Source of the DNA: a virus | Lineage: Duplodnaviria > Caudoviricetes | Virus record (IMG/VR): IMGVR_UViG_3300021167_000088 | Location: 1,699 to 65,698 of that record | Length of the DNA stretch: 64,000 nucleotides | Direction: 5' to 3' (one strand) | Part shown: in pieces, positions 18,448 to 26,699 of the stretch | Layout of the letters: every line of letters starts with the position of its first letter | How positions within the stretch are numbered: position 1 is the first letter of the stretch | Program-made: the position numbers and the translations under genes | Notes under the pieces: model-generated | Told to the model about the DNA's origin: nothing | Databases searched by the model: none | Seen by the model: the letters and a program-made list of their open reading frames with translations, nothing else

Positions 18448-20577
18448 TCAAGCCGACATTGGCTCAATTGCTTCTTCTTCAACGGGCTTCACCATGAGGT
18501 TGTGCCACGTCGAAAGAATGGGTTTGTAATTCGTACCGTAGAAGACCTTCTTGGAAAGGAAGGCAGCGAGCTGCGGATAGTCGTTACGATTGGCAGGCAT
18601 GTTCAACCAACGGACAAAGTCCGAGTAGTGGAACGTGTTGCCTGTTGCTGCTTCGGGCTTCGTCCATGCCTGCAAGGCCCAGACGAATTCCAAATTCTTC
18701 ATGAAGGTCGAGGGATTTACCGTAGACTGGAACAGCCGGAACTCAGCGAGATCACCCTTCCAATTGATCGGACAATACTTACCTTTACCTTGGATCTTGA
18801 TCTGACGACGTGAAGTTCCACGCGTTGTGATACCACCGTGACGATGGTAGCAGTCACTGTTACCATAACTGATCGTGCCCACTTTGGTACGGTCAGGCGT
18901 CATCTGACCGATGCCTGTGTTGCCCTCAGGATGATAAATCTGATCCCGCTGAGCAACGGCGCGCACGAAGTTCACGTTGTCCGTCGAGGCGAGGAACATG
19001 GACATGCGAGCCTCGGCCAACGGTGAAAAGTAGCGACGATGCACGGTCACATGAATGCCATAACCAGCACCAGCCGGCTCGTTGTAGCCGACAGCACGGT
19101 GCTTCTTGAGAATCGCCAGCATGTTCGGCACCAGCGCATCCCACTCTTCACGACCGAAGGGCTGCGAGATCAGCTCGACACCACACTCATTGTCGAGCGA
19201 ACCGTCGCGTTCCAAGATCAGGGTGTCGGTGCTGTACTCGTCACGCAGCGTCTCGACGAGATAGCCACGATCCGGTGCATAGATCTCCAGCTCGACACCC
19301 AGCGTCGGCCACTTCTTCGATGTGTTGCGCTCGGTGAAGTTGCGTGGTGCGCAGTGCCAAGCTCGCAGCCCGTCAGACGTGTCACGATACTCGTCGTCCT
19401 CGTCGTCCTCGTCACGATAGCCTTCACCGTGCTCAGCGCGAAGATCGTCGCGGTCAATCTCGTCAGTGAAGTAACAACCTTCCCATTCGTAGAAATTAAA
19501 ATTTCCAAACTCACGTGTGCAGCAATCGTCCAGCGAGCCGTTATTCCAAGCACTTGTTGAATGATAAACGTGAAACGCACAACCGTTAGGAATGTACTCA
19601 CCCATGCACGAGGAGTATGTGAACTCGTTATCCACACAACTCTCGCAGATCACGTTGTCACTGCCATCCGTGCCGGAAGTATCACGAAGACCATAGTCAC
19701 CACAATGCGAGCATTGGATGACTTCATCACTATCAACGTGGCAGTAGACCCGCTCGGCCAAGCGCTGTGACAAACCACGAATAACGTTCAGATGATCAAT
19801 GACTTCTGAATACTCCTGCTGCTGAATCGCTTTCGCAACATCGTGCAGATACTTACGCAGTAGCACGATATAGCTTGCGCTGTGACCCCAACGATCTGTA
19901 TGAGAGTATTTCAGATTAGCACGAATGCGCTGGTTAAAAAGAGAAAGCCTGTCCTGACGATCACGTACCCATTGACGATGATGCGCATCGGCACGACCAG
20001 TCCGAGCAATATACGCAGCAGTCAGTTCCTGCGGCAACGTGCTCATGACTGGTGTGGGATTACCCCAAACGTCGTCGTGGTACTGCCTTCTAAAAATAAG
20101 AACGCTGCCTTGCGCATCGACATCGTTATTACGGTATTGCGTGTCGATAAAAAGACCTGTGTCCATCATTTGATTCCTTTCGAGAATTTCAGAGTCTGAG
20201 ACGTGATTAAAATATTGAACGTCGAGAGGCATCCGGCCGTACGTACCGCCCATTATTCGTGGGCGTGGGGCAGAGTTAGTTAAACGAACGACTCGGTCGG
20301 GGTTGTCTTGAGACAGATCGTTGTAATTGAGCCAGTCCGCTCGCTGACCTTGGATGCTAGAGCGAGGGTCTAAACGAATTTCCGGCAGGCGGGCTTCCAA
20401 GTGCTGAGTGAAGTGCGACCAATTGCAATTAAGCGCGTCAAGATAATCGTCGTGCATACTGTTAATTTGCTGCACAGACCATTGCATCCGATCGATGGTC
20501 TCTGCGGCCGTTAAGTTTGGCCGAGCTTCATTTCGGGCGGACGATGATTGTGGACTGGTTGAAGTCGAGTACAACAT
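18448..20577 (-). CDS. Putative amidoligase (COOH-NH2 ligase) with N-terminal Cys-rich zinc-ribbon region
   Basis: TLGVELEI, ERDGSL..GVELISQP, GYGIHV, KYCPIN, EFRLFQST; CSHCGDY and ICESC upstream; true start uncertain (may be 20488 or 20457). Confidence 0.8.
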   Translation of the reverse strand: MLYSTSTSPQSSSARNEARPNLTAAETIDRMQWSVQQINSMHDDYLDALNCNWSHFTQHLEARLPEIRLDPRSSIQGQRADWLNYNDLSQDNPDRVVRLTNSAPRPRIMGGTYGRMPLDVQYFNHVSDSEILERNQMMDTGLFIDTQYRNNDVDAQGSVLIFRRQYHDDVWGNPTPVMSTLPQELTAAYIARTGRADAHHRQWVRDRQDRLSLFNQRIRANLKYSHTDRWGHSASYIVLLRKYLHDVAKAIQQQEYSEVIDHLNVIRGLSQRLAERVYCHVDSDEVIQCSHCGDYGLRDTSGTDGSDNVICESCVDNEFTYSSCMGEYIPNGCAFHVYHSTSAWNNGSLDDCCTREFGNFNFYEWEGCYFTDEIDRDDLRAEHGEGYRDEDDEDDEYRDTSDGLRAWHCAPRNFTERNTSKKWPTLGVELEIYAPDRGYLVETLRDEYSTDTLILERDGSLDNECGVELISQPFGREEWDALVPNMLAILKKHRAVGYNEPAGAGYGIHVTVHRRYFSPLAEARMSMFLASTDNVNFVRAVAQRDQIYHPEGNTGIGQMTPDRTKVGTISYGNSDCYHRHGGITTRGTSRRQIKIQGKGKYCPINWKGDLAEFRLFQSTVNPSTFMKNLEFVWALQAWTKPEAATGNTFHYSDFVRWLNMPANRNDYPQLAAFLSKKVFYGTNYKPILSTWHNLMVKPVEEEAIEPMSA

Positions 20578-20923
20578 CTCGCTCAGTAATGCTGAGGGCG
20601 TATTTGCCCAGCTTGGGAAGTGTTACGTCATAACGAATCGGCTCCTTTTCAACGATTTTGTTTTTCAGTGCGTAGGCGTACCGCGCCATGGATTGTGACG
20701 CAGGGGTGGGGAATCGGTCGATCACGCCACGCCGCCACATGAAGCCCAAGGTATCGGAGAATTTATTCGTTGCGATCTGGACATCCTTCCCGAAGCGCTC
20801 CAAGGCAGCAGCCTTGACTTCGGGGGTGTCCATCAACTCAGCGCAAGTCATCATGTTGCTGGACTTGCTGAGCGTCCGCTCCAAGATTTCATAAATCTCG
20901 TCGCTAGAACGAATCTTTGTCAC
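20528..20923 (-). CDS. Hypothetical protein, possible winged-helix DNA-binding
   Basis: Helical N-terminus then SDTLGFMWRRGVIDRF and a beta hairpin; inference only. Confidence 0.5.
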   Translation of the reverse strand: MTKIRSSDEIYEILERTLSKSSNMMTCAELMDTPEVKAAALERFGKDVQIATNKFSDTLGFMWRRGVIDRFPTPASQSMARYAYALKNKIVEKEPIRYDVTLPKLGKYALSITERDVVLDFNQSTIIVRPK

Positions 20924-20948
20924 ACCTCACCTCGTGCATTACTTAGAT

Positions 20949-21350
20949 CTATGTCACTTGCTGAGTCACCCACTCTGCAAGCTCTGCATTCGATTTTATC
21001 AGAGAGTTAAATTCTTGCGCAGTTAACTCGTCTTTCCACTCGTGGTTCGTTAGCACGATGCCGCCTGCCGGGCAGCCGATGATGACTGCAACGTTACGGC
21101 CTTCACCGGCGCGGTCATTCAACCACTTGGCTTGCAGAGCACTCAGGAGCTTGAGTGGATCGATCACAGCACGTTGCGGCGTCTTCTCCAGCCATTTGTA
21201 TTCGACCCAGAGATCACCACCATTACCACTGTAGTAAACGTCCGGAATACCCCCGGTGTATGGGTTGGAGTTCTTCATGTGATACACGGTGCTCGGTAAC
21301 TTGCTGTGGATTTTCGCCGTGAAGCGTGTCTCGGGTTTAGCTGCGGCCAT
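20949..21350 (-). CDS. PD-(D/E)xK nuclease, Holliday junction resolvase/VRR-NUC-like
   Basis: PETRFTAKI...GGIPDVYY..GDLWVEYK, SALQAKWL; start MAAAKPE at 21350. Confidence 0.75.
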   Translation of the reverse strand: MAAAKPETRFTAKIHSKLPSTVYHMKNSNPYTGGIPDVYYSGNGGDLWVEYKWLEKTPQRAVIDPLKLLSALQAKWLNDRAGEGRNVAVIIGCPAGGIVLTNHEWKDELTAQEFNSLIKSNAELAEWVTQQVT

Positions 21351-21618
21351 GGAACTTCTCACAAACCGAGAGCATTTCTTTGTAAAGCTGCAGTGTGTGA
21401 ATGGCTTTTTCAATATCCACTTCACCACCCTTGTCTTGCTCACGGGCAAGGTACGCAATCGACGTACCCTTGGCGTATCCGCGAAGTTCTTCGGGCGTCA
21501 TCCAACGAGCGAGGACTTCCCACGGCTGGTATTCGGCAAGCTTCTTGTAGTGGTCACCACCGATTTGAACGTCGATAGCCGATGCGATTGCGGGGATAGG
21601 TTTCTTTGCAGCCATCAT
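21337..21618 (-). CDS. DUF3310-like protein (T7 gp1.7-like nucleotide kinase family)
   Basis: QIGGDHY...GYAKGTSIAYLARE..KGG..DIEKA pattern. Confidence 0.75.
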   Translation of the reverse strand: MMAAKKPIPAIASAIDVQIGGDHYKKLAEYQPWEVLARWMTPEELRGYAKGTSIAYLAREQDKGGEVDIEKAIHTLQLYKEMLSVCEKFHGRS

Positions 21619-22154
21619 TCACCTCTCAGAAAGGACAGGATGCCGATGACCGTCAGAGCTTGTTCCTTGGCATCGCCGAGCGCATCGTGCGCGGTGTAGT
21701 TGCTAACGATCTCAGCACGGATCTTCTTCAGAGTCTTGGTGTCGATCAGATTCTTGAGCGTGCGAAAGTCCATGGTGTTCCAAAATTCCCACGGTGCCTT
21801 AGCACCAAAGGCGTGGTAGCCGGCTTCGAGGATTGGGAAGTCGAACGACGCACCATTGCACCAGACATTTTTGCCCTTGAAGTCGTAGGCCGCGTTGAGC
21901 AGAGCCAGCGCTTTGTCGAGTGCCACGGTCGGACGGCTGGTCAGCGCCTTACGCGCTTCGTCGCTTTGGTCCAGCCACCACATGACCGTACGGGCTTCAA
22001 TAGCCAACCCGGCATCGGTACATGACTCGGGGTCGATGTTGACGATCAGTTCCTTACCAAGTCGCTCATTGTCGAACTCAACAGCCCCGATTGATAAGAT
22101 GACGCAGCCTGGGCGGGTGCCCAACGTCTCGATGTCGATCATGATGTTTTGCAT
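21615..22154 (-). CDS. DEDDh 3'-5' exonuclease/exoribonuclease
   Basis: MIDIETLG, ILSIGAV, WCNGASFDFPIL, PWEFW..DFRTL, HDALGDA. Confidence 0.85.
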   Translation of the reverse strand: MQNIMIDIETLGTRPGCVILSIGAVEFDNERLGKELIVNIDPESCTDAGLAIEARTVMWWLDQSDEARKALTSRPTVALDKALALLNAAYDFKGKNVWCNGASFDFPILEAGYHAFGAKAPWEFWNTMDFRTLKNLIDTKTLKKIRAEIVSNYTAHDALGDAKEQALTVIGILSFLRGE

Positions 22155-22198
22155 TGAACTGCCTCGTTGTTATTTGTTAGATAAAGTGGGTGTCATCG

Positions 22199-22485
22199 CA
22201 ACTCCCCTTTGAGCATTCGTGATCTCAAGGCCAGAGCACACCTAGTTGCGACCCCTCTGGTCGTTTTCCTAATCGTGTGCACACAATTAGTAATTTGAAA
22301 CCCACATCGAAATGGTCACTCTCCACGTAGAGGGGTGCTGTGTTCCGGTCACCTTTCACCCTTGCGCTTCACTGAGCCACCGTCGTGTTGACCACTTCGA
22401 TGTAGGTGCTGGTTTTGATTTGAGTGCCTTGTGCAAAGGCATTTAACTCGTGCAGACCAGCAACTGCTTTCCGGCGAGGGAGTTG
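22199..22485 (-). ncRNA. Candidate structured non-coding RNA (~290 nt)
   Basis: Intergenic, no started ORF; terminal CAACTCCC/GGGAGTTG pairing encloses an 18-bp stem and at least five more stems. Confidence 0.55.
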
Positions 22486-22719
22486 TTACGCGGCCGTCAG
22501 AGTGTCGACAACGGCTTGAGCGCCAGCTAACGCCTTGTCGGCAGCCTTGACCAGACCAGCTTGGGCCTTGTCTTCAGCAGCACGAGCCTTGGCGACAGCC
22601 TTGGCATCAGCGACCAGAGCCTTGACGGCGACTTGCGCAGCCTTCAGGACAGCCTTGGCTTCGACCAGAGCGGCCTTCTTTTCAGCGGGGGTAAGAACAA
22701 CAGACGGTTTGCGAGCCAT
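22486..22719 (-). CDS. Ala/Lys-rich basic protein (histone H1-like composition)
   Basis: MARKPSVVLTPAEKKAALVEAKAVLKAAQVAVKALVADAKAVAKARAAEDKAQ...; RBS aggag. Confidence 0.7.
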   Translation of the reverse strand: MARKPSVVLTPAEKKAALVEAKAVLKAAQVAVKALVADAKAVAKARAAEDKAQAGLVKAADKALAGAQAVVDTLTAA

Positions 22720-22759
22720 GAGATTTCTCCTTGTGTTATGGCGGGATGCTACGAAGTGA

Positions 22760-22948
22760 CTAACGAGTAAAAGGTTTGCGGACACGCTGGCGCATCTCGC
22801 GATACAACTTATCGAGGAAACTAGACCGTCTCAGCGAGCCTTCCTCAAGCTCAATGATTAGAGTGATTTCTGCGTCCGTCAGTTCAGGAAGTAACTCTTC
22901 AAGCCGACGGACGGTACTCAGTGCCTCAGAGACGAAAACGTCACGCAC
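22760..22948 (-). CDS. Hypothetical protein
   Basis: 62-aa ORF overlapping the upstream stop. Confidence 0.55.
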   Translation of the reverse strand: MRDVFVSEALSTVRRLEELLPELTDAEITLIIELEEGSLRRSSFLDKLYREMRQRVRKPFTR

Positions 22949-23705
22949 GGCGCTTTGCTGGCGCCTTCAGAGCACCCTTCTTTGGCGCATCGTTTGCCGC
23001 CTTGAACGAAGAGACATCCGGCTCGGTGAGCAGACGCTCCAGCGCTTCGCCGCGACGGGCACGCACCATGGCGACGAACTCGGCCTGCTCGACATCTTCC
23101 ATGTCGAAGGGTTGTGCGTCGCTGAACACACACACGTCGTGCTTGACCGTCGGGTTGCACTCGATATGGGTGACTACACCATACGGCAGACGCTTGAAGG
23201 TAGATGCGACGCTGCCGACATACGAGCTGAAGCTCTTGAGGGCGGTTGGCGAAATGTCGAGGATGACGAACGGCGTCTCGGGACCAGCGTCGGTCGGCAG
23301 GCAAGCCAGCAGGACACGGTTCTGGCAAGCCTTGCCGGTGCCCTGGGAACCAAACTCGTTGGCCCAGCAACCTGTGCAGCTTTCGCACTGCTTATCCGGC
23401 GAGTTGGCCGACGGCACCATCTCCTTCGGCTGCTGATTCAGCGCGAAGCAGTTCGGCGGCACGATGACCTTCGGGTCGTAAGCGCCTTCGTAATACTTGT
23501 TAAAGTACACGAAGTCGACGATGACGATGTCCAGGTAATCGAGCGCGCTGCCACCGGGCAGGGTGAATTTCTTGTTGCTGATGCTGATCTTGTCACCCGA
23601 CGGGGCAGCGAGACGCGAGCGCAGGGCGTCCAGTTCAGCTTCGTCGCTGAATTGAACCAGTGCGTTGGACTTGGGGTTGGATTTTGCTACGGACGTACGG
23701 GCCAT
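22941..23705 (-). CDS. Putative single-stranded DNA-binding protein
   Basis: Replication-module position; YYEGAYDP, PNCF, C-x2-C-x2-C..NEFGS..GKACQN pattern seen in phage SSB-like proteins; RBS aaggagg. Confidence 0.5.
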   Translation of the reverse strand: MARTSVAKSNPKSNALVQFSDEAELDALRSRLAAPSGDKISISNKKFTLPGGSALDYLDIVIVDFVYFNKYYEGAYDPKVIVPPNCFALNQQPKEMVPSANSPDKQCESCTGCWANEFGSQGTGKACQNRVLLACLPTDAGPETPFVILDISPTALKSFSSYVGSVASTFKRLPYGVVTHIECNPTVKHDVCVFSDAQPFDMEDVEQAEFVAMVRARRGEALERLLTEPDVSSFKAANDAPKKGALKAPAKRRA

Positions 23706-23732
23706 AAGACCTCCTTGTTAAACTGTGTTTTA

Positions 23733-23746
23733 AGAGACTTTCAGAG
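23733..23746 (-). promoter_or_regulatory. CTCTGA-N4-CTCT motif
   Basis: Intergenic, minus strand CTCTGA AAGT CTCT. Confidence 0.6.
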
Positions 23747-23752
23747 TTGAAG

Positions 23753-24211
23753 TTACTTCTTCAGCGTCGTTAGGTTCAAATTCACTTTGGTGAAGGGTTC
23801 AAAGCCCGGTACAACACTAGCTTTGTCGAGCTTCTCGGGGTCGAAACCCTTCTTCGCTGCGAGCTTGTTGTAAGCTTGATCGTACAGCTCACGGAAGGCT
23901 GGGTCGCTCACTCGCTTTTGCAGCAAGTAATAAGCCTTGTTCTTGTGGATCAGGGCGTAGACTTTTTCCCAGTCGGTGACGTTGCCGACAACGACTTCGG
24001 AGAGGGAGACCGTTGCGGCCTTCCCGGTCGCCTTGTCCATGCCTTCTTCAGAGAGCCGCCCCTTGATCTGAGCTTCTAACACCTTGTACTTACCTTCGAT
24101 GTCGTTGAGCTTCTCGGTGATGGCCCGTTTTTCTTCACGGTAAGCATTCAGCTTGTCGATCAAGACGCCCAGTGCGACTGGCTTTACGGCCTTTGACACT
24201 TTCATGTCCAT
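23753..24211 (-). CDS. Conserved coiled-coil phage protein
   Basis: N-terminal coiled coil then VTDWEKVYALI...LLQKRVS. Confidence 0.7.
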   Translation of the reverse strand: MDMKVSKAVKPVALGVLIDKLNAYREEKRAITEKLNDIEGKYKVLEAQIKGRLSEEGMDKATGKAATVSLSEVVVGNVTDWEKVYALIHKNKAYYLLQKRVSDPAFRELYDQAYNKLAAKKGFDPEKLDKASVVPGFEPFTKVNLNLTTLKK

Positions 24212-24250
24212 GTTTCAATTCCTTCCTCAGAGCGTTGAAGCTATTTTAAC

Positions 24251-24264
24251 AGAGTGTTTCAGAG
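24251..24264 (-). promoter_or_regulatory. CTCTGA-N4-CTCT motif
   Basis: Intergenic, minus strand CTCTGA AACA CTCT. Confidence 0.6.
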
Positions 24265-24273
24265 TGCGCAAGA

Positions 24274-26262
24274 TTAAAGCGCACCCAGATCACTCAAGAT
24301 GCGGTGCGTCTCTTCGACGTACCAGTTCAGGTCAAGGTCTTTCGGCAGCTTGTCGGGCAAGGTCATGCAGATCTTGGCACCTTCGGTTTTGGGAACCTGA
24401 TTGCCAGAGGACACATAGCTGATCGACGGCAACGACTCTGTGGTCATGTACCAGCGAGCGACGCGGCCAAACGGCGTGCCGCCGACGCCGACTTCGTAGG
24501 GGTCAGGGCGCGACTTGCGCTTGACCACCTTGCCGGCTTCGGTAGCCCACTCGTTCTTGGCTGTTCCCAGATCATTGATGAGTACCCAGTCATCGACCAG
24601 CTCAACCTTCTTGTGTTGCACACCACCACCTTTGACGTTGCGGATCGACATGAACTTCGATACGTCGTCGGTGTGGTGCATGATGTAAAGCTGCGGGTCG
24701 ATGTCGTCTTTTAACCACGCCACGGCTGCATCACTGCAGATGTCCATCGTCGGGTTCTTCATCAAGCTGGCCGCGGCATAGAGACCCTTGCGCTTGACCT
24801 CGACAGATTTAGCCTCAAGTTCGAGAATACGTGAAGGCTCGATGATGACTGCCGGCCGCTCTTCGGTGATGGCGATGTAGTTGTTCACATCCTTCATCGC
24901 CACGCGCTTGTATGGCGTCTCTTCGTACTCGAAGCCAGTGCGCTTGGCATTGGCTGCGAATATCTTCAGCACCTTTTCACGACGCTCAGGCGGGTAGGTC
25001 ACCATGATGCCGTCTGTGTTGGCCGACTGTACCGTGACGTTTTTGAGGCGTTCCAGCTCGTCGATCAGGCACAGCAAGTTGAGCTGCCCGGTGATCGTCA
25101 CAGCGATGAGTAGGTCAGGCGAGTAGAACGGGCAGTAGATACTGCCCAGCTTGCCGAAGGTTCCGTTCAACAGAATCTTCAGCGTATTCGCCACCCGCTT
25201 GTTGCCGCTGTGCTTGGCTTCCATCCGTCGGTCATAGATGTTCCGGTATTCATCAAGGAAAATTTCACCCTTGTTGCCACCGAGCGGTGGGATCAACCCA
25301 CATTTCATCATGATGTTCGGATAGTACGAGGCCACGTCAAAGTCGCTGACCATGACGGTCTCGGACGACTCGAACATGATCTGCTTGTCGTGCTGACTGT
25401 GCAGACCACCGAGGCCAACCTTGTAGATGCCCTTGTCGATGGTGATCGGCTCAGACATCCACTCGGCTTCAACCGGTGAACCGTTGCCCCGGTTGATGTC
25501 GAAGCGCTCAGATTCAAACTCTTCGATCAAGGCTTGAATCACCGGACTCTTGGTCTTTATCCAGTCCGGCGCTGTGTACGTCACGAAGCTGGGCACATGT
25601 TTGTCAGCCGCGGCGATGCCACACTGCTTCTTGAGAATGGCCTCGGCACACTGCGCGTCGGACTTGGAGCGCAGGTCGAGACCATACTCGTTACCCAGCT
25701 CGATACGCAGTTCGATCTCGGTTTTAAGTTTGCCGAGCAGCGCGAACGTCACACCCAAGTCGTTCATGCAGTAGTTCTGCACCACCTTGCGCTTGGCCGG
25801 CGTGTCGATTTCCTCGTCGTGGTGATAGGGCATGTCGACCATGGTCTTGTAGCCCATACGCCCGGCGTAGGTCTTGAGCGAAATCATCACGCCCGGCGCT
25901 GTTTCGATCAAGTCGATATGGTCGAAGTCGATGAAGTCTAGGTTGTAGGTGCGGTAAGTTTGCCACGAGCGCATCTGGTCACGGATGATGTTCTCAGCCA
26001 TTATCTTTAGATCAGTCTCGTCGTAACCCATGACTGCAGCCGAGATCAGCGGACGGTCGAAGTTTTCTCCGTTAAATGATATCCATGTGTACTGCTGGTC
26101 TTGCAGCATCTTGAAGAGCTTGGCTGTGTGACCACGCTTGTCGTGCCAGAAAGCGAAGGTCTCGCCTGTCTCGACGATGTGTCCGCAAACGAGGAACACA
26201 GGTTTGATGACGCCGAGTAACTCGCAGTCGTAGATGATGTGCTTTTTCATTTTCATTTTCAC
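24274..26262 (-). CDS. Family B DNA polymerase
   Basis: Exo motifs YDCE, SFNGENFD, YCMND; polymerase motifs DFDVASYYP, KILLNGTFGK, SANTDG; start may be 26256 or 26250. Confidence 0.92.
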   Translation of the reverse strand: MKMKMKKHIIYDCELLGVIKPVFLVCGHIVETGETFAFWHDKRGHTAKLFKMLQDQQYTWISFNGENFDRPLISAAVMGYDETDLKIMAENIIRDQMRSWQTYRTYNLDFIDFDHIDLIETAPGVMISLKTYAGRMGYKTMVDMPYHHDEEIDTPAKRKVVQNYCMNDLGVTFALLGKLKTEIELRIELGNEYGLDLRSKSDAQCAEAILKKQCGIAAADKHVPSFVTYTAPDWIKTKSPVIQALIEEFESERFDINRGNGSPVEAEWMSEPITIDKGIYKVGLGGLHSQHDKQIMFESSETVMVSDFDVASYYPNIMMKCGLIPPLGGNKGEIFLDEYRNIYDRRMEAKHSGNKRVANTLKILLNGTFGKLGSIYCPFYSPDLLIAVTITGQLNLLCLIDELERLKNVTVQSANTDGIMVTYPPERREKVLKIFAANAKRTGFEYEETPYKRVAMKDVNNYIAITEERPAVIIEPSRILELEAKSVEVKRKGLYAAASLMKNPTMDICSDAAVAWLKDDIDPQLYIMHHTDDVSKFMSIRNVKGGGVQHKKVELVDDWVLINDLGTAKNEWATEAGKVVKRKSRPDPYEVGVGGTPFGRVARWYMTTESLPSISYVSSGNQVPKTEGAKICMTLPDKLPKDLDLNWYVEETHRILSDLGAL

Positions 26263-26427
26263 CCTAAGTTAATTGGTGCCGACGAACCGGAGTTAACAAC
26301 CTCCGACTCGCCGGACTAACTGTCTCGTCGTTTCGCCGGTAGATCAGTCAGGCTAGGGAGATAACGAAAGGTCGCCCGACCTCTACTGCGTGTGTTATTA
26401 GCCCGACCTCACGCTGCGGTAGTCAAC

Positions 26428-26532
26428 TCAGCTTGGTATCGGATCAATAAGACCTAACAACGTGGTGATAATGAGAATGACACCTAGAAGAATGATGCCG
26501 TCAATAATACAAACACCGATGCGCTCTAACAC
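26428..26532 (-). CDS. Small membrane protein (34 aa, GTG start)
   Basis: MLERIGVCIIDGIILLGVILIITTLLGLIDPIPS; start overlaps the upstream TAG stop. Confidence 0.45.
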   Translation of the reverse strand: MLERIGVCIIDGIILLGVILIITTLLGLIDPIPS

Positions 26533-26699
26533 GGTTCGTCCTCATCTATGTCAAGAGGTTTAAACGTGTCTTGAATGGCGTCCATCAAATTGATAACACC
26601 ATCAAGCACTTCAATTTCTTCAGTAAGTCTGTTTTCATCGTCAGCCATCGCGACGAGGTATTCTTTTTGAATACGAAAAAGTTCCCAGTCGATATTCAT
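26526..26699 (-). CDS. Hypothetical acidic protein (57 aa)
   Basis: MNIDWELFRIQKEYL...; ATG overlaps helicase stop. Confidence 0.55.
   Translation of the reverse strand: MNIDWELFRIQKEYLVAMADDENRLTEEIEVLDGVINLMDAIQDTFKPLDIDEDEPC

Noticed and set aside
22199-22485. Assignment of the structured RNA to tmRNA, RNase P RNA, retron msr-msd, group I/II intron or pistol ribozyme
   Set aside because: No T arm/CCA or tag ending; only a short AAGGGTGAAAGG resemblance to RNase P; no reverse transcriptase; no recognisable intron or ribozyme core. Left unassigned.
26310-26355. Hammerhead ribozyme in the polymerase leader (CTGA...GAAAC)
   Set aside because: Core reads CUGAUCU rather than CUGAnGA and no stem II forms between the elements.
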